DNA from: Naegleria gruberi
Taxonomy: Eukaryota
DNA length: 64,000 nt
NCBI GenBank assembly: GCA_000004985.1
Contig: GG738864.1
Strand: one strand, 5' to 3'
Shown here one piece after another: positions 10,346-20,800 of this stretch. Under the pieces are notes generated by a model. That model searched no databases. It was not told the DNA's origin and saw only the letters and a list, made by a program, of their open reading frames with translations. The position numbers and the translations under genes are program-made. Every line of letters begins with the position of its first letter. Position 1 is the first letter of the stretch.

Positions 10346-12247
10346 ATGATGAAGCAAATTAGTGGTAAATCACTGATTGCGCTCCTTCTTGTTTTCATCC
10401 TCACGATGGTAGCTACTACCGCCGTGGTTGAAACAAGGGAACAATCAATCGAGTCAGAGGTGGCTCGTCTTGTCCAATTGAAGGCTAAACTTCGTGAAAA
10501 GTGGAATCCTAATGCCTATTTATCTGAACGTATTTTAAAGATTGCTAAAAAGTTTTCAATTTCAATTCCACGTCGTTGTAAGAGAAGAATTTCTGAGGAA
10601 ACTATTGAAATTATTAGAAGATTGGCTGAATGTCCAAAGAATACTAAACCTTCTGAACCAACTAAACCAACCAAACCAACTGAGCCAAGTAAACCAACTG
10701 AACCATCAAAGCCAACTGAGCCAACTACTCCAACTGAACCAACTAAACCTGGTAAGGAATGTCCAGCTTTGAAGTGTAAGAGAGTTTGTGGAACTCGTGG
10801 ATATAAGAAAAATTCAAGAGGATGTGATACTTGTAAGTGTAACAAGAAGCCAACTAAACCAACCAAGCCAGGAAAGGGTTGTCCACACGTTTCTTGTCCA
10901 AAATCATGTCAATCTGGATCTAGTATTGGTATTGATCAAAAGACTGGATGTTTGGCTTGTACTTGTAAACCAACCAAGCCAACTGAGCCAACCACTCCAA
11001 GTGAACCAACTAAACCAACTACTCCAACTCAACCTGAAACACCAACTACTCCAACTGAGCCAACTCAACCTGAAAAGCCTACTGTTCCAGTAACTCCAAC
11101 TGAACCAACTCAACCTACTGAACCAAGTAAGCCAACTGAGCCAACCACTCCAACTACTCCAACTGAGCCAACTCAACCAACTACTCCAACTGTTCCAACC
11201 AAGCCAACTAGACCAACCAGACCAACCAGACCAAGAAGACCAACTAGACCTAGAAGACCAACTAGACCAAGAAGACCAACTAGACCAACCAAGCCAACAA
11301 GACCTGGTCGTCCAACTAGACCTTCTCGTCCAAGCAGACCATCTAGACCAAGCCGTCCAAGTAGACCATCTAGACCTTCCAGACCAAGCAGACCAACTCG
11401 TCCATCTAGACCTTCTAGACCTTCTAGACCAAGTAGACCATCTAGACCATCCACACCAAGTCGTCCATCTAGACCAAGCAGACCATCCAGACCTAGTCCA
11501 TCAAGACCAGGTAGATCTTCACCAGGTAGAGGTGGTGGTGGTGGAAGAGGAGGTAGAGGTAGAGGAGATCCTCATTTCACTACAATTGTTGGACATCAAG
11601 ATGTATTATTCAACGGAATTGGTGACTTTATTCTTGCTGAGACAGTTGACAAGGAATTCGTTGCCCACGTTCGTATTGCCAAATGGAATGGTGACAAGGG
11701 AGATGCTACTGTCAACGTTGCTGCTGCTGTTAAGGCCGGTTCTGATACTATTGAATTCGATAGCAAGTCAAAGAAGTTTTATTTGAATAAGAAGCGTGCC
11801 ATTTTCGCCATTGGTAGAAAGTATGAATTGGATGGTGGTTACTTGTTGAGAAAGACTGAAAAGTCATTCATTGTCAAGTCTAACGATGGAGCTGAATTCT
11901 TCGGTGAATACTTTGTTTTGCACGATGGTAGAAGTTATATGGATGTTTCAGTTGATGCTCCAAAGGATGTTGAATTCGAAAGAGGATTAATTGTTAACGG
12001 AAAGGACTCTGGTGTTGCTGAAGGATTATTCAGAAACCACAAGCAAAGAAAGGTCTTGCCAAAGGCCAAGCTCAATATTCCAAAATGGGCTTTGGATGCT
12101 TGTGCCAAGAAGGGTGTCACTGGAAGACGTTTGAAGGACTGTGCCTATGACATTACTGTCACTGGTAAGGAATTCGCCAAGGAAATTGCCAAGGATGAAG
12201 CCAAGTTCAATAAGAGAGCCGATAAGGTTGTCAAAAAGAACAAATAA
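10346..12247 (+). CDS. secreted modular Pro/Thr-repeat protein with cysteine-rich modules (extracellular-matrix/mucin-like)
   Basis: A signal peptide (MMKQISGKSLIALLLVFILTMVATTAVV) is followed by many PTKPTEP/PSKPTEP repeats. Three Cys-rich modules interrupt them (CPALKCKRVCGTRGYKKNSRGCDTCKC; CPHVSCPKSCQSG...CLACTC). Next come (RPSRPS)n/(RPTRPRRPT)n repeats, a Gly/Arg-rich GRGGGGGRGGRGRG tract and a roughly 230-aa globular C-terminal domain. The antisense ORFs 10516..11454 are repeat artefacts. Confidence 0.75.
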   Translation: MMKQISGKSLIALLLVFILTMVATTAVVETREQSIESEVARLVQLKAKLREKWNPNAYLSERILKIAKKFSISIPRRCKRRISEETIEIIRRLAECPKNTKPSEPTKPTKPTEPSKPTEPSKPTEPTTPTEPTKPGKECPALKCKRVCGTRGYKKNSRGCDTCKCNKKPTKPTKPGKGCPHVSCPKSCQSGSSIGIDQKTGCLACTCKPTKPTEPTTPSEPTKPTTPTQPETPTTPTEPTQPEKPTVPVTPTEPTQPTEPSKPTEPTTPTTPTEPTQPTTPTVPTKPTRPTRPTRPRRPTRPRRPTRPRRPTRPTKPTRPGRPTRPSRPSRPSRPSRPSRPSRPSRPSRPTRPSRPSRPSRPSRPSRPSTPSRPSRPSRPSRPSPSRPGRSSPGRGGGGGRGGRGRGDPHFTTIVGHQDVLFNGIGDFILAETVDKEFVAHVRIAKWNGDKGDATVNVAAAVKAGSDTIEFDSKSKKFYLNKKRAIFAIGRKYELDGGYLLRKTEKSFIVKSNDGAEFFGEYFVLHDGRSYMDVSVDAPKDVEFERGLIVNGKDSGVAEGLFRNHKQRKVLPKAKLNIPKWALDACAKKGVTGRRLKDCAYDITVTGKEFAKEIAKDEAKFNKRADKVVKKNK

Positions 12248-12681
12248 ATTATTGTAACAATTATTTCTCAAAGATATCATTCTCTTACAATTCACAAACA
12301 AGATAATCATTTATGACATTGTAGAAGTGGTCCAGCTCACCAATTTACACCAGTTTGAGAATCAATGTGGCCTTCAATACTCACATTTTGAATTGCCTTG
12401 GGAGTGGAACTTCCCTTGGATTCAATTGGATAGTTTATTTTATATCCAAATGATTCATTTCAGAATTTTGTGCATAATTGAGTGCATGACCATTTGTCGA
12501 ATTTGTGAAAATATTAAAACGGATTAAAGTAAATTATGATTAATTCCTCTATTTGTAAGATACCGAATAACAACAATCCTCTTTAGTAAATTATTCAATT
12601 CCGTAAAAACAGAAATTCCTTTTATACTGCAAACGAATGAAATGACACAGTCACAATTCAAAAAACAAACAAATATCAATA

Positions 12682-12927
12682 ATGCAACCTCAACAAAGCA
12701 CCACTGGCAGTACTATGCAAAATATTAAGGAGAAGGTCAAACATCCATTCACTCATGACACTGACACCAACGTTACCTATCCAACCAGAGAACAAAAGAA
12801 ATTAGCAGAATCTGGCACAACAGTTCCTCAATCTACCACCACTATTGGAAGTGGTGGAATGTTAAATCAACCAACAACCACTCAATCCAATATTGGTAGA
12901 GAAGAATACTTGGAAAAGAAATTGTAA
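12682..12927 (+). CDS. small hydrophilic protein (81 aa), hypothetical
   Basis: A short ORF in a gap between genes. It is a hydrophilic Thr/Gln-rich peptide. I see no homology, so it may be non-coding. Confidence 0.3.
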   Translation: MQPQQSTTGSTMQNIKEKVKHPFTHDTDTNVTYPTREQKKLAESGTTVPQSTTTIGSGGMLNQPTTTQSNIGREEYLEKKL

Positions 12928-13144
12928 ATAAATTAAATGCATATACCTCTAGTTCTTATGTTATTAAGTAATAAGCCAATCCAATAGGTGGCAAGGTGAC
13001 ATTTCATTTCTTAGTAACCAATTGCAAAGTTGAAGATTGCATTGTAAAAAGTTGAAGTTCCTTTGATGTCGATTAATGTTCCAAGACCTATTAAGGCAAC
13101 AACAGGTGTTCCTAAAAATTACCTTAAACAAACAGTAAAACAAA

Positions 13145-14326
13145 ATGCTCAAAATCTACACTCACCCTACTGGGTACAAGCAATTACCAGAGGGTGAACC
13201 CCTTGTATCTCTCGATCCGACAACCTTCAAAACCTTCACAATTCCTCATCCAGATTTTGAGAGGATCAAGAAAGTGCTTATTAATCGTGACTCTTGTCTT
13301 AAAATTCTATCTGAGAGTGGTATTGTTTATATTCATGATGAAAACAGATTTAAGTGTTCCTATCTTCTCGACACAAAATCTAGTAATGAAAATTTAATAA
13401 TTGATGATATTTCAACATTTTCCGAAGGATCAACACTTTATTTGGCTCGTGATTCTGAGAGTAATCACACTTTTCTCTATGGAAGTGGCACAACCACCTA
13501 TGATTGTTTTGGAGATAGGAAATTAAGAAATTTACAAGATAGAAATGGTACTGAAAAGTTTACGTTACTCTATACTCCTCAAGTTGATGAAAATGGCCAT
13601 CGGCCACAGATTACACACATTGCATCGTGCCATTCCTTTAAAATAATGGTATTGGATCATCGTGAAATTAGAATTTCAGGCCAGAATTGGGTGAATTCTT
13701 CAAAGGAAATGAATTGGAATGAGAGCCAATTTGTATGTGAAAAGAAAATTAAGAACATTACTTGTGGAAGTTTCCAATTTATGGTAATATTTGAAGATGA
13801 TTCTGTCATGTTTTGTGGAGACAACCAAACTAATCAAATGCCACACCATACACATGGAAGGTTGCATTTTACTGTGGATGATGATTTGAAAATTATGGAA
13901 TCATTTGGTGGTTATGATAGTTCTGTTGTAAGATTTGCACACACCCCTAAAACTCCTGAAAGTTACAAGATCTATGGAGAAACTCTGATTAGATTTGAAA
14001 ATTTGAAAGAGTTTTTGAAAAATTATCCTATTTTCACTGTTTCGAATGAGAATGATTTTACACAAATCAGATATCTTAAGAAATTCTTTGTAATTGAGTT
14101 CCAAAAGGGATTGTTTTATTTTATGAGTAATGATCATACTGTAGGATTCACAGTGGATATGTCAACAGAGTTTCACAACATGTATAGTAATCATTATGAA
14201 GTTGTTGCTTTGTCAAATACCATTGTATTTTACAAAACTAATTCGAAAGAGTGTGCAATTTATCCAGAATTACATTGTTGCATGAGAAATAAGTTATTGA
14301 CTGATTGTGATTTTGACTTTATTTAA
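13145..14326 (+). CDS. hypothetical protein, 393 aa
   Basis: An uninterrupted ORF with ordinary codon usage. There are weak beta-propeller-like GxxxxF motifs, and I recognise no confident domain. Confidence 0.5.
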   Translation: MLKIYTHPTGYKQLPEGEPLVSLDPTTFKTFTIPHPDFERIKKVLINRDSCLKILSESGIVYIHDENRFKCSYLLDTKSSNENLIIDDISTFSEGSTLYLARDSESNHTFLYGSGTTTYDCFGDRKLRNLQDRNGTEKFTLLYTPQVDENGHRPQITHIASCHSFKIMVLDHREIRISGQNWVNSSKEMNWNESQFVCEKKIKNITCGSFQFMVIFEDDSVMFCGDNQTNQMPHHTHGRLHFTVDDDLKIMESFGGYDSSVVRFAHTPKTPESYKIYGETLIRFENLKEFLKNYPIFTVSNENDFTQIRYLKKFFVIEFQKGLFYFMSNDHTVGFTVDMSTEFHNMYSNHYEVVALSNTIVFYKTNSKECAIYPELHCCMRNKLLTDCDFDFI

Positions 14327-14506
14327 GAGTCTACCAAGTAATTGAAATTAGAGAATGATCGCAATACTGTTCAACTGAAACATTTAACATTAAATAAACT
14401 GTTTTTCAGAGGTGCCAGTTGTAACTTAGACGTTTTTTCTTTTGGATCAATTGTAAACTTGTTGTGGGGTTTAACATTTTGCAATCATGTTTTAAAACAT
14501 CCAAGC

Positions 14507-14512
14507 AAAAAA
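14507..14512 (-). terminator. Pol III oligo(T) terminator of 5S copy 1
   Basis: A T6 run on the minus strand sits immediately 3' of the 5S 3' end (plus-strand AAAAAA at 14507-14512). Confidence 0.6.
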
Positions 14513-14632
14513 GACTACAGCACCACAGGTTCCCAAGTTGTCTCCAACCTCAGTACTGATGTGGCTCGACGATGCTTAACTTCTCAAATCGGACGGGATG
14601 AGGTGCATTCATCGTGATATGGCCGTAGCCAT
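14513..14632 (-). rRNA. 5S ribosomal RNA gene (copy 1)
   Basis: The reverse complement reads ATGGCTACGGCCATATCACGATGAATGCACCTCATCCCGTCCGATTTGAGAAGTTAAGCATCGTCGAGCCACATCAGTACTGAGGTTGGAGACAACTTGGGAACCTGTGGTGCTGTAGTC. This is a canonical eukaryotic 5S of 120 nt: helix I pairs the 5' end GGCUACGGC with the 3' end GCUGUAGUC, and the box-C region AAGTTAAGCATCG is present. It is 100% identical to the copy at 53002..53121. Confidence 0.9.
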
Positions 14633-14779
14633 TCATTATCTTTAAATCTGAAACAAAAAGTACAATCAGCCCAACTTTCACATTATAATTCCAAAATATA
14701 ACAACAAAATACTGTAGTAAACAAACACTGAGTGAATATCAATATCATCATCAAAATAAAATACAAATATTTACAAATT

Positions 14780-15223
14780 TTAATTTTGTAAACACATCTT
14801 GATAAAACTTTCATAGTGGATCATACCCTTTCCTTGTGGATCAGCCTCCTTCAACAAATCATCCACCTCAATATCAGACAATCTTTCACCCAATGTAGTC
14901 ATAATATGTTTCAATTCATCCACTGGAATGAAACCATCCTGATCACGATCAAATAAACGGAAACTTTCCATATATTCCTCAACATTTCCTGATTCCGATG
15001 ATTTACCATATCTATTACGCATTTCATTGCAGAAACTATTCACATTGATATTGCCAGATTGTGAAGGATCAATGATGGAGGTGATTTCTTGGAGTTCACG
15101 GTCTGATGGAGCAAAACCAAGAGCACGGATGACAGAGTTGAGTTTGTCGTGTGGAATGGTACCAGAACCACCATCATAGAGGGAGAAGGCTTCACGAAAT
15201 TCGGTTTCTGTCAAGTCAGACAT
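14780..15223 (-). CDS. EF-hand calcium-binding protein, myosin essential light chain/calmodulin-like
   Basis: A 147-aa protein with a canonical EF loop DRDQDGFIPVDELKHIM and a degenerate loop YDGGSGTIPHDKL. TEFREAFSLYD resembles the essential-light-chain N-terminus. Confidence 0.75.
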   Translation of the reverse strand: MSDLTETEFREAFSLYDGGSGTIPHDKLNSVIRALGFAPSDRELQEITSIIDPSQSGNINVNSFCNEMRNRYGKSSESGNVEEYMESFRLFDRDQDGFIPVDELKHIMTTLGERLSDIEVDDLLKEADPQGKGMIHYESFIKMCLQN

Positions 15224-15581
15224 GTTTGATAGTGACGTGTGTTAAATATTTTTTTTTGTTATTTTTTTCTTTGATGGGTGTCAAGTTTGATGATTGATGA
15301 AGACTTGTTATCGATCCTTAACAAATCACTTTCTTTTTTGTTTCTTTCAATAATAAGGTTTTTAATGTTTCTCTTAATCTTCAGAGCTCTTAATAGAATT
15401 ATAAGATCATCCTGGTTCAATTCGAATATGAATATTAAATCATGTAAAATTGACATCAAATTCACTAATAGAACCAATCAATACACCCTCTGCTATCCAC
15501 ATTATAATACTTTAATCTCAATTATTCTAATTTCCTTCCCAAATCACCAAAACCAACCTCTTTTCACATTTCTTAATTTTC

Positions 15582-16667
15582 TTGGATTCTCAAAATTTTT
15601 CTGAACCATCCGAAAAAAAAATGTCATCATCAAGTGAATCGTCATCCAATATTCCACCAACCAATCAGCAAAAGATTGAAATTATTAGGAAGTCCATTGA
15701 ATTGTTTCAACATGATAAAATTCTTGATGCCTACGATTTGTTGAAGAAACAATATTCCATCACTGAAAATTCCATTTCTTCTCTACTTGAGAGCAGGGAA
15801 TCATCTTCCGATATTGATGAACAGGAAGAACAGAATGAAACTCTTAGCAAGGAGGAAGCAGAATTGGTCAAGCTAATATACAAGGATGGAGCTCTGGCGA
15901 AAATGTTACTTTCTGAATTTTCCAGTAGTGCTGGATGGAATACTTGTGTTGATAAGGATGATTGTAAAACATTCTACAAGCAAACGTGTAAAATTGATGG
16001 AGGAAAGGGAGGATCGGAGGCAGAGCCATCATTGCATGCCATTAAAATTGAGGGAATTATAGAGACACCTGTTTTTAACTTGATGTCTATATTGTATGAG
16101 GTTGATTTGTATAAGAATTGGGTTCCTCAATTGGGTGAATGTGGAGTAATCAAATATTTGGGTGGAAATGGAACATCGAGATTTAGATTTCTTTCGTATT
16201 TTAGTTTTAATTTGCCATGGCCAATGTCTTCAAGGGATTCATTGACCTATGCTTTTGTGGTGGATCGTTCTGATTATGAACAGGATCCCTCGATATTGGT
16301 TGTAATTAGAGGAGCTGATACGCACAAGGATTCTTCACTTGCTGATCTTATTTCAAAACATGATAATCAAACACATGTGAGAGTGGGAATTGAGTATGCA
16401 GGATTTTTAATTAAAATGTTATCAGAAGATACCTGCCATGTTTCACTCATTGCTAATGTAGATCCAAAACTGAGCTATATTCCAATTTGGTTTCAAAATT
16501 GGTTGACCAATAATTTGAGCTATTTAATGATTTCAAAATTGAGACAAGCTGCTGAAAAAGTTCCAAACTCTGAATACAGTGTCAGAATTAAGAATAACGA
16601 TCAGGTTTATGGTGAAATTACGAGAAGACTTTCAAAATTCCTAGTCACCCACAATTTAAAAAAGTAA
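15582..16667 (+). CDS. START-domain (StAR-related lipid transfer) protein
   Basis: The C-terminal 220 aa match the START fold: AGWNTCVDKDDCKTFYK, VDLYKNWVPQLGECGVIKYLG, NLPWPMSSRDSLTYAFVVD (consensus P.P.SNRDFV). An acidic/Ser-rich N-terminus precedes it. Confidence 0.7.
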   Translation: MDSQNFSEPSEKKMSSSSESSSNIPPTNQQKIEIIRKSIELFQHDKILDAYDLLKKQYSITENSISSLLESRESSSDIDEQEEQNETLSKEEAELVKLIYKDGALAKMLLSEFSSSAGWNTCVDKDDCKTFYKQTCKIDGGKGGSEAEPSLHAIKIEGIIETPVFNLMSILYEVDLYKNWVPQLGECGVIKYLGGNGTSRFRFLSYFSFNLPWPMSSRDSLTYAFVVDRSDYEQDPSILVVIRGADTHKDSSLADLISKHDNQTHVRVGIEYAGFLIKMLSEDTCHVSLIANVDPKLSYIPIWFQNWLTNNLSYLMISKLRQAAEKVPNSEYSVRIKNNDQVYGEITRRLSKFLVTHNLKK

Positions 16668-16730
16668 TCCAAATTTGTAATTCTCTCTATTAATATATGT
16701 AAAATAGTAAATTTAATGTACAATAATAAA

Positions 16731-17444
16731 TTATAGTGTCAATCCACATTCCACAAGCAATTCATTATACAAATCAGTTTCGCCTACAGCATCCTGAGCA
16801 GCTTGACCAGGATCTGATCTAGCTGGAGCAATATAACCATTCCTTTCGAATATCAATCTGAAAAATCCCAACAAGATTTCAAAATCGAATCGATAATTCA
16901 ATGATCGATGAACAACAGTGTAATGTTGAATGACATCCAAGAGAACTTGTTTGAGTTTGGTTCGTTCTGAATCAAAAAGTTCGAGTCCATGTTCGAAAAC
17001 AAATTGCATGAGTTCATCATCGCTTTCGAATGAATCGACATTTTGTTCAAATTTCAATTTCTCCACAATATCACTCCCTCTTTCACATTCCACATCGGCT
17101 CTGTACATGAATTGTAAAAATTGTTTCATTCTCTCCAAATTCACTCTCAGCTCTATTACTTGATTTTCATCAAGATTTTCATCAGCAGAATCTAATTTTT
17201 CCCTCATGACTGAATATAATGATTTCGAATGGCAACAAAAGAGAAAGTGCAATTTTTTCGGATTCTCTGAAAAGCTTTCAAAGTACTTGTCGAGAACGAA
17301 AAATGTTTTGAAAAATCCGTGTGCTGCTAAAAGTGGCACACAAACTGGATTTTTGTGTTGTTCAATTTCATACTGTGATAGTTGGATGTATTGATCAAAG
17401 GTTGGTTTAGGTGGTGGAGTGTAGACTTGATCTTGTGATTCCAT
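16731..17444 (-). CDS. hypothetical conserved-looking protein, 237 aa
   Basis: A clean ORF with an acidic helical character. I recognise no domain. Confidence 0.5.
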   Translation of the reverse strand: MESQDQVYTPPPKPTFDQYIQLSQYEIEQHKNPVCVPLLAAHGFFKTFFVLDKYFESFSENPKKLHFLFCCHSKSLYSVMREKLDSADENLDENQVIELRVNLERMKQFLQFMYRADVECERGSDIVEKLKFEQNVDSFESDDELMQFVFEHGLELFDSERTKLKQVLLDVIQHYTVVHRSLNYRFDFEILLGFFRLIFERNGYIAPARSDPGQAAQDAVGETDLYNELLVECGLTL

Positions 17445-17835
17445 TTTTTTTGTGAATTTTGTTAAAATGTGAAATTGAACTAAATTGATTTTAATTCGAA
17501 TATTGTGTTGTAAAGAGTGAATTCACTCCGATCCATCCATCTAACACACCAAGCTGTAACACTTCAAATCTTTTTGTTTCATACGATTGTCCAGCATCAC
17601 GTTCCTTTCTATTTTTATGCTTCAATCTGATGTAGATTTAGAATTCCTTTCTCACGAAAACAAAGAACAAAAAAAAGCTTTTTTCTTGTGTGTTGTTAAT
17701 TGGATAGAAACAAGAACGTGATTGGCAAATCATTCTTTGGAACAAAACACGTTTTTGGTTTTTTCTGAAGAGTTTGTGTACGTGATCGGAATTAATATCA
17801 TCAATACTAGCAAGTTGTTGAAGAGACAATAATAG

Positions 17836-20800
17836 ATGCTCTCCGATCAAGATTATCAGAAACATAAGAGGAGGAAGGAAGAAGAGGAAAAGAAGAGAAA
17901 GGAAAGAGAGGATGAATCTTCTTTGCCTTCATCATCATCTAATTCCACTCCTCAACAATATGAACATCAAACTCTGAATAATAATATTGTGATAATAGAT
18001 GGTGATGACACTGATAGTAATGATGCTGTTATTATCACCTCTCCAACAATTCAAGAACAACAAACAGCTAAATTTGGTTTTCTAGTCAATAGTCAAGAAG
18101 ACAACAATAATTCATCATCATCACCACATGTTACAGGTAGTAGCAATAAGAAACGAAAGACTACCAGTCACTCTCCTTTAACAACAAATATTTCTCCTAT
18201 TAAACAAGAAGAAGACATGTCTTCTACTGTTCCACCCAATCAACAAGAACAAACAGCCAACAATAACATGGTGATGATGGATAACAACAATAGCAATGAA
18301 AAGCCTTCTACACCCAAACAAGGCACAACAACAACAAATTCCGATGAAGATGATGTTATAATGATTGAGAGTAATGAAGCAACACTTTCACCTTCCTTGT
18401 TACACAAGATGCAAGGTTCTCTAAAGATTGAAGAATCACAACAACAGGAACAAACTAACACTAGTGCAAGTACTACTACCATTCCATCATCATCGGAATT
18501 ATCAGATAATAATGATACATCATCAAAACCTTCGGAAGAGAATGATCAACAACAACAACAAGAAGGCACCAACAATAATAATACGGTTCTTCTCAATTCT
18601 GTCAAGACAATAACTGAAAACACTGGTGTGAGAATAGTGGTGCATGCCTTCATTCCTCCACAGTACACTGATGATCTACAACCAGCCTTGAGGTACAGTT
18701 ATAAGGAAATTACAGGTTCGGGGAAAAACAAGAAGGAAGAAGTTAAAAAGGTAGACATTCCACTGGGTCACACTCCTGTTGAGGGTCTGGATATTTGGTT
18801 TTGTGTTGTGAAATTGCCACTTCAAGTTGATTTCGTGAGCTTTAAGATTATTGTTAGAGATGAGAGTAAGGCAATTCATACTGATAAAGAGGTTAGATCG
18901 ATAACACTTCCAAAATATACCACTCCAGCTGTTCATCACATCTATATTAACTTTAATCCAAAATCAGAAAAGAGACAGGGAATTTTGGACATGTTCAAAA
19001 CCAAACTTTCAATGACTGAAACCTTTTTAACAGAGTTATTTACTCCTTCCAAGATTGATACTGGTGATTTATTGCCATCTGATACTGAGAATAATGTTTT
19101 TGAGAATTTAATTAGAATTAACAGAAAACGAATTCAAATATTTCATTCAAGATTGGATGGGTTTATGCAAAGTATGGCTCATCTCAGTGATTTGAATTTT
19201 TACACTAAAATACACATCAAACAAAATTATACCAGCACCAACAGACACAATTTAAAGTCACCATATGTGTATGAGGATACCAAAAAGTTTCTCCTTTCTT
19301 TACCAGAAAAGATCATTCAGGATAAGACTGATTTCGAATTGAAATTGATAATGACCCTTGTATTCTTTGAAAAGATTTATTCCATCTCTGGTCACAATGA
19401 TAAGAAGAACTTTGATGAAATGATTGATCTTTTGAAAGAATTGGATGTGTATACACTCAATACTATATTTCATCACATTTTGAAAAAGGAAGCAGAAAAA
19501 TCTACACCAATCAACTTGATTAGAGATTCATTCAGAAATTCCATTCAAGCTCTGATAAATGTCTTTTCGGCCACCACAAATGACAAGAGAAAGTTTAGCT
19601 ATTGGATTATGGCTGCTCCATTCATTAGTCTTGAATTGAAGTTTCACGGTAGCACCAGTCCACTGGATATGCTGATAATGCAATCTGATAAGAAGAGGTT
19701 CGATACAGAATTTGCCACCTTGACTTCAATAGTTGAAGAGAAAAGAGCACTCATTTCGAATAGATCTCATGTCGTGTCTGGTACAGATATTGGTATTATA
19801 TTCTCAACAATTTTTAAAATGGCCTCCTCTCTTAATGATATCAATTGTATTCTAACATTAACATCAGATATGCAATCGAATGAAGGAAGGTTCAGATCTT
19901 TCACCACTCAACTATGTGAATTCATTTCTAATATGGATTCTTGGGAAGATAGTGATTTTGATTCCTTTACATATTTATTGGAAAATCATTCATACGTTCT
20001 TTCTAGCACATCTATGTTGGCAAGTTATTTCAAGAATAAGGCTCTCAGTGAAGTTAGCCACTACCACTCTGAGAATATTTTGAAGCATTTACTCATGTTC
20101 CTTGAAAATGAAGAATTCGTTGCTAATAACAAAGAAAAGGATCTCATTTCCCTGTCAAAACTCATAGCCAACTTCTTTTCTACATTGTTTGGAAAGAAAA
20201 AGTCAAGTTACAACCTCTTTAAAAAGAGTGTCTATTCAATGAAAGATATAGTTGCCTTTTATTCTAAACTTGCAGAATCCTTATCAAAAACTTGTATGAA
20301 TGACTATCAACTTATTATCATTGAATCCATTTCCAATAACTCTTCCTTCACTTCCAGCGGTTCAGACCCGTATTCAAGGATTACATCTCTTATAGAAATT
20401 TGTGAAGAGTTTGAATTGGATGAAAGGGCAACACTTGGTAATATTCTTGCTCAATTGACTTTGGATACAGTCAAATCATTGGGAGTTAGCAACAAGGTAA
20501 TCAACAAACTCTTGGATACTGTCTCAAGGTTCTATGCAGACAGTATTGATATTACAATTGATGTTGTTTCCAAGAAAGTTTTAATGTACATAATAGAAAC
20601 ATTGAGTGAGGGATCATCAATGACCATCGAGATATTGTTCAAACATCACTTGTTGTGGAGTCGTTTATTTCAACTCAATGATATTTTCACAGACAAGAAA
20701 TTGATTGAAGGAGTACAGCTAGTGGACAAATTCTCCCAACAAATCAATAACCATACCATCGCCCTAAATGATCTGAGAATTATTTTAAGAGATGACAATC

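Noticed and set aside
10516-11454. Antisense ORFs (116, 90 and 93 aa) and alternative-frame sense ORFs (10542..11093) across the PT-repeat gene
   Set aside because: They are artefacts of the perfectly periodic PTKPTEP and RPSRPS codon repeats, which leave several frames open. They translate to low-complexity L/G/S/W repeats and lie wholly inside a well-supported secreted-protein CDS.
12327-12527. 66-aa ORF in the 3' flank of the PT-repeat gene
   Set aside because: It is short and Cys/His-odd, with no codon bias typical of the neighbouring genes. It is probably 3'UTR or intergenic.
14342-14617. 91-aa plus-strand ORF
   Set aside because: Its 3' half is the antisense of the 5S rRNA gene. It has no coding features.
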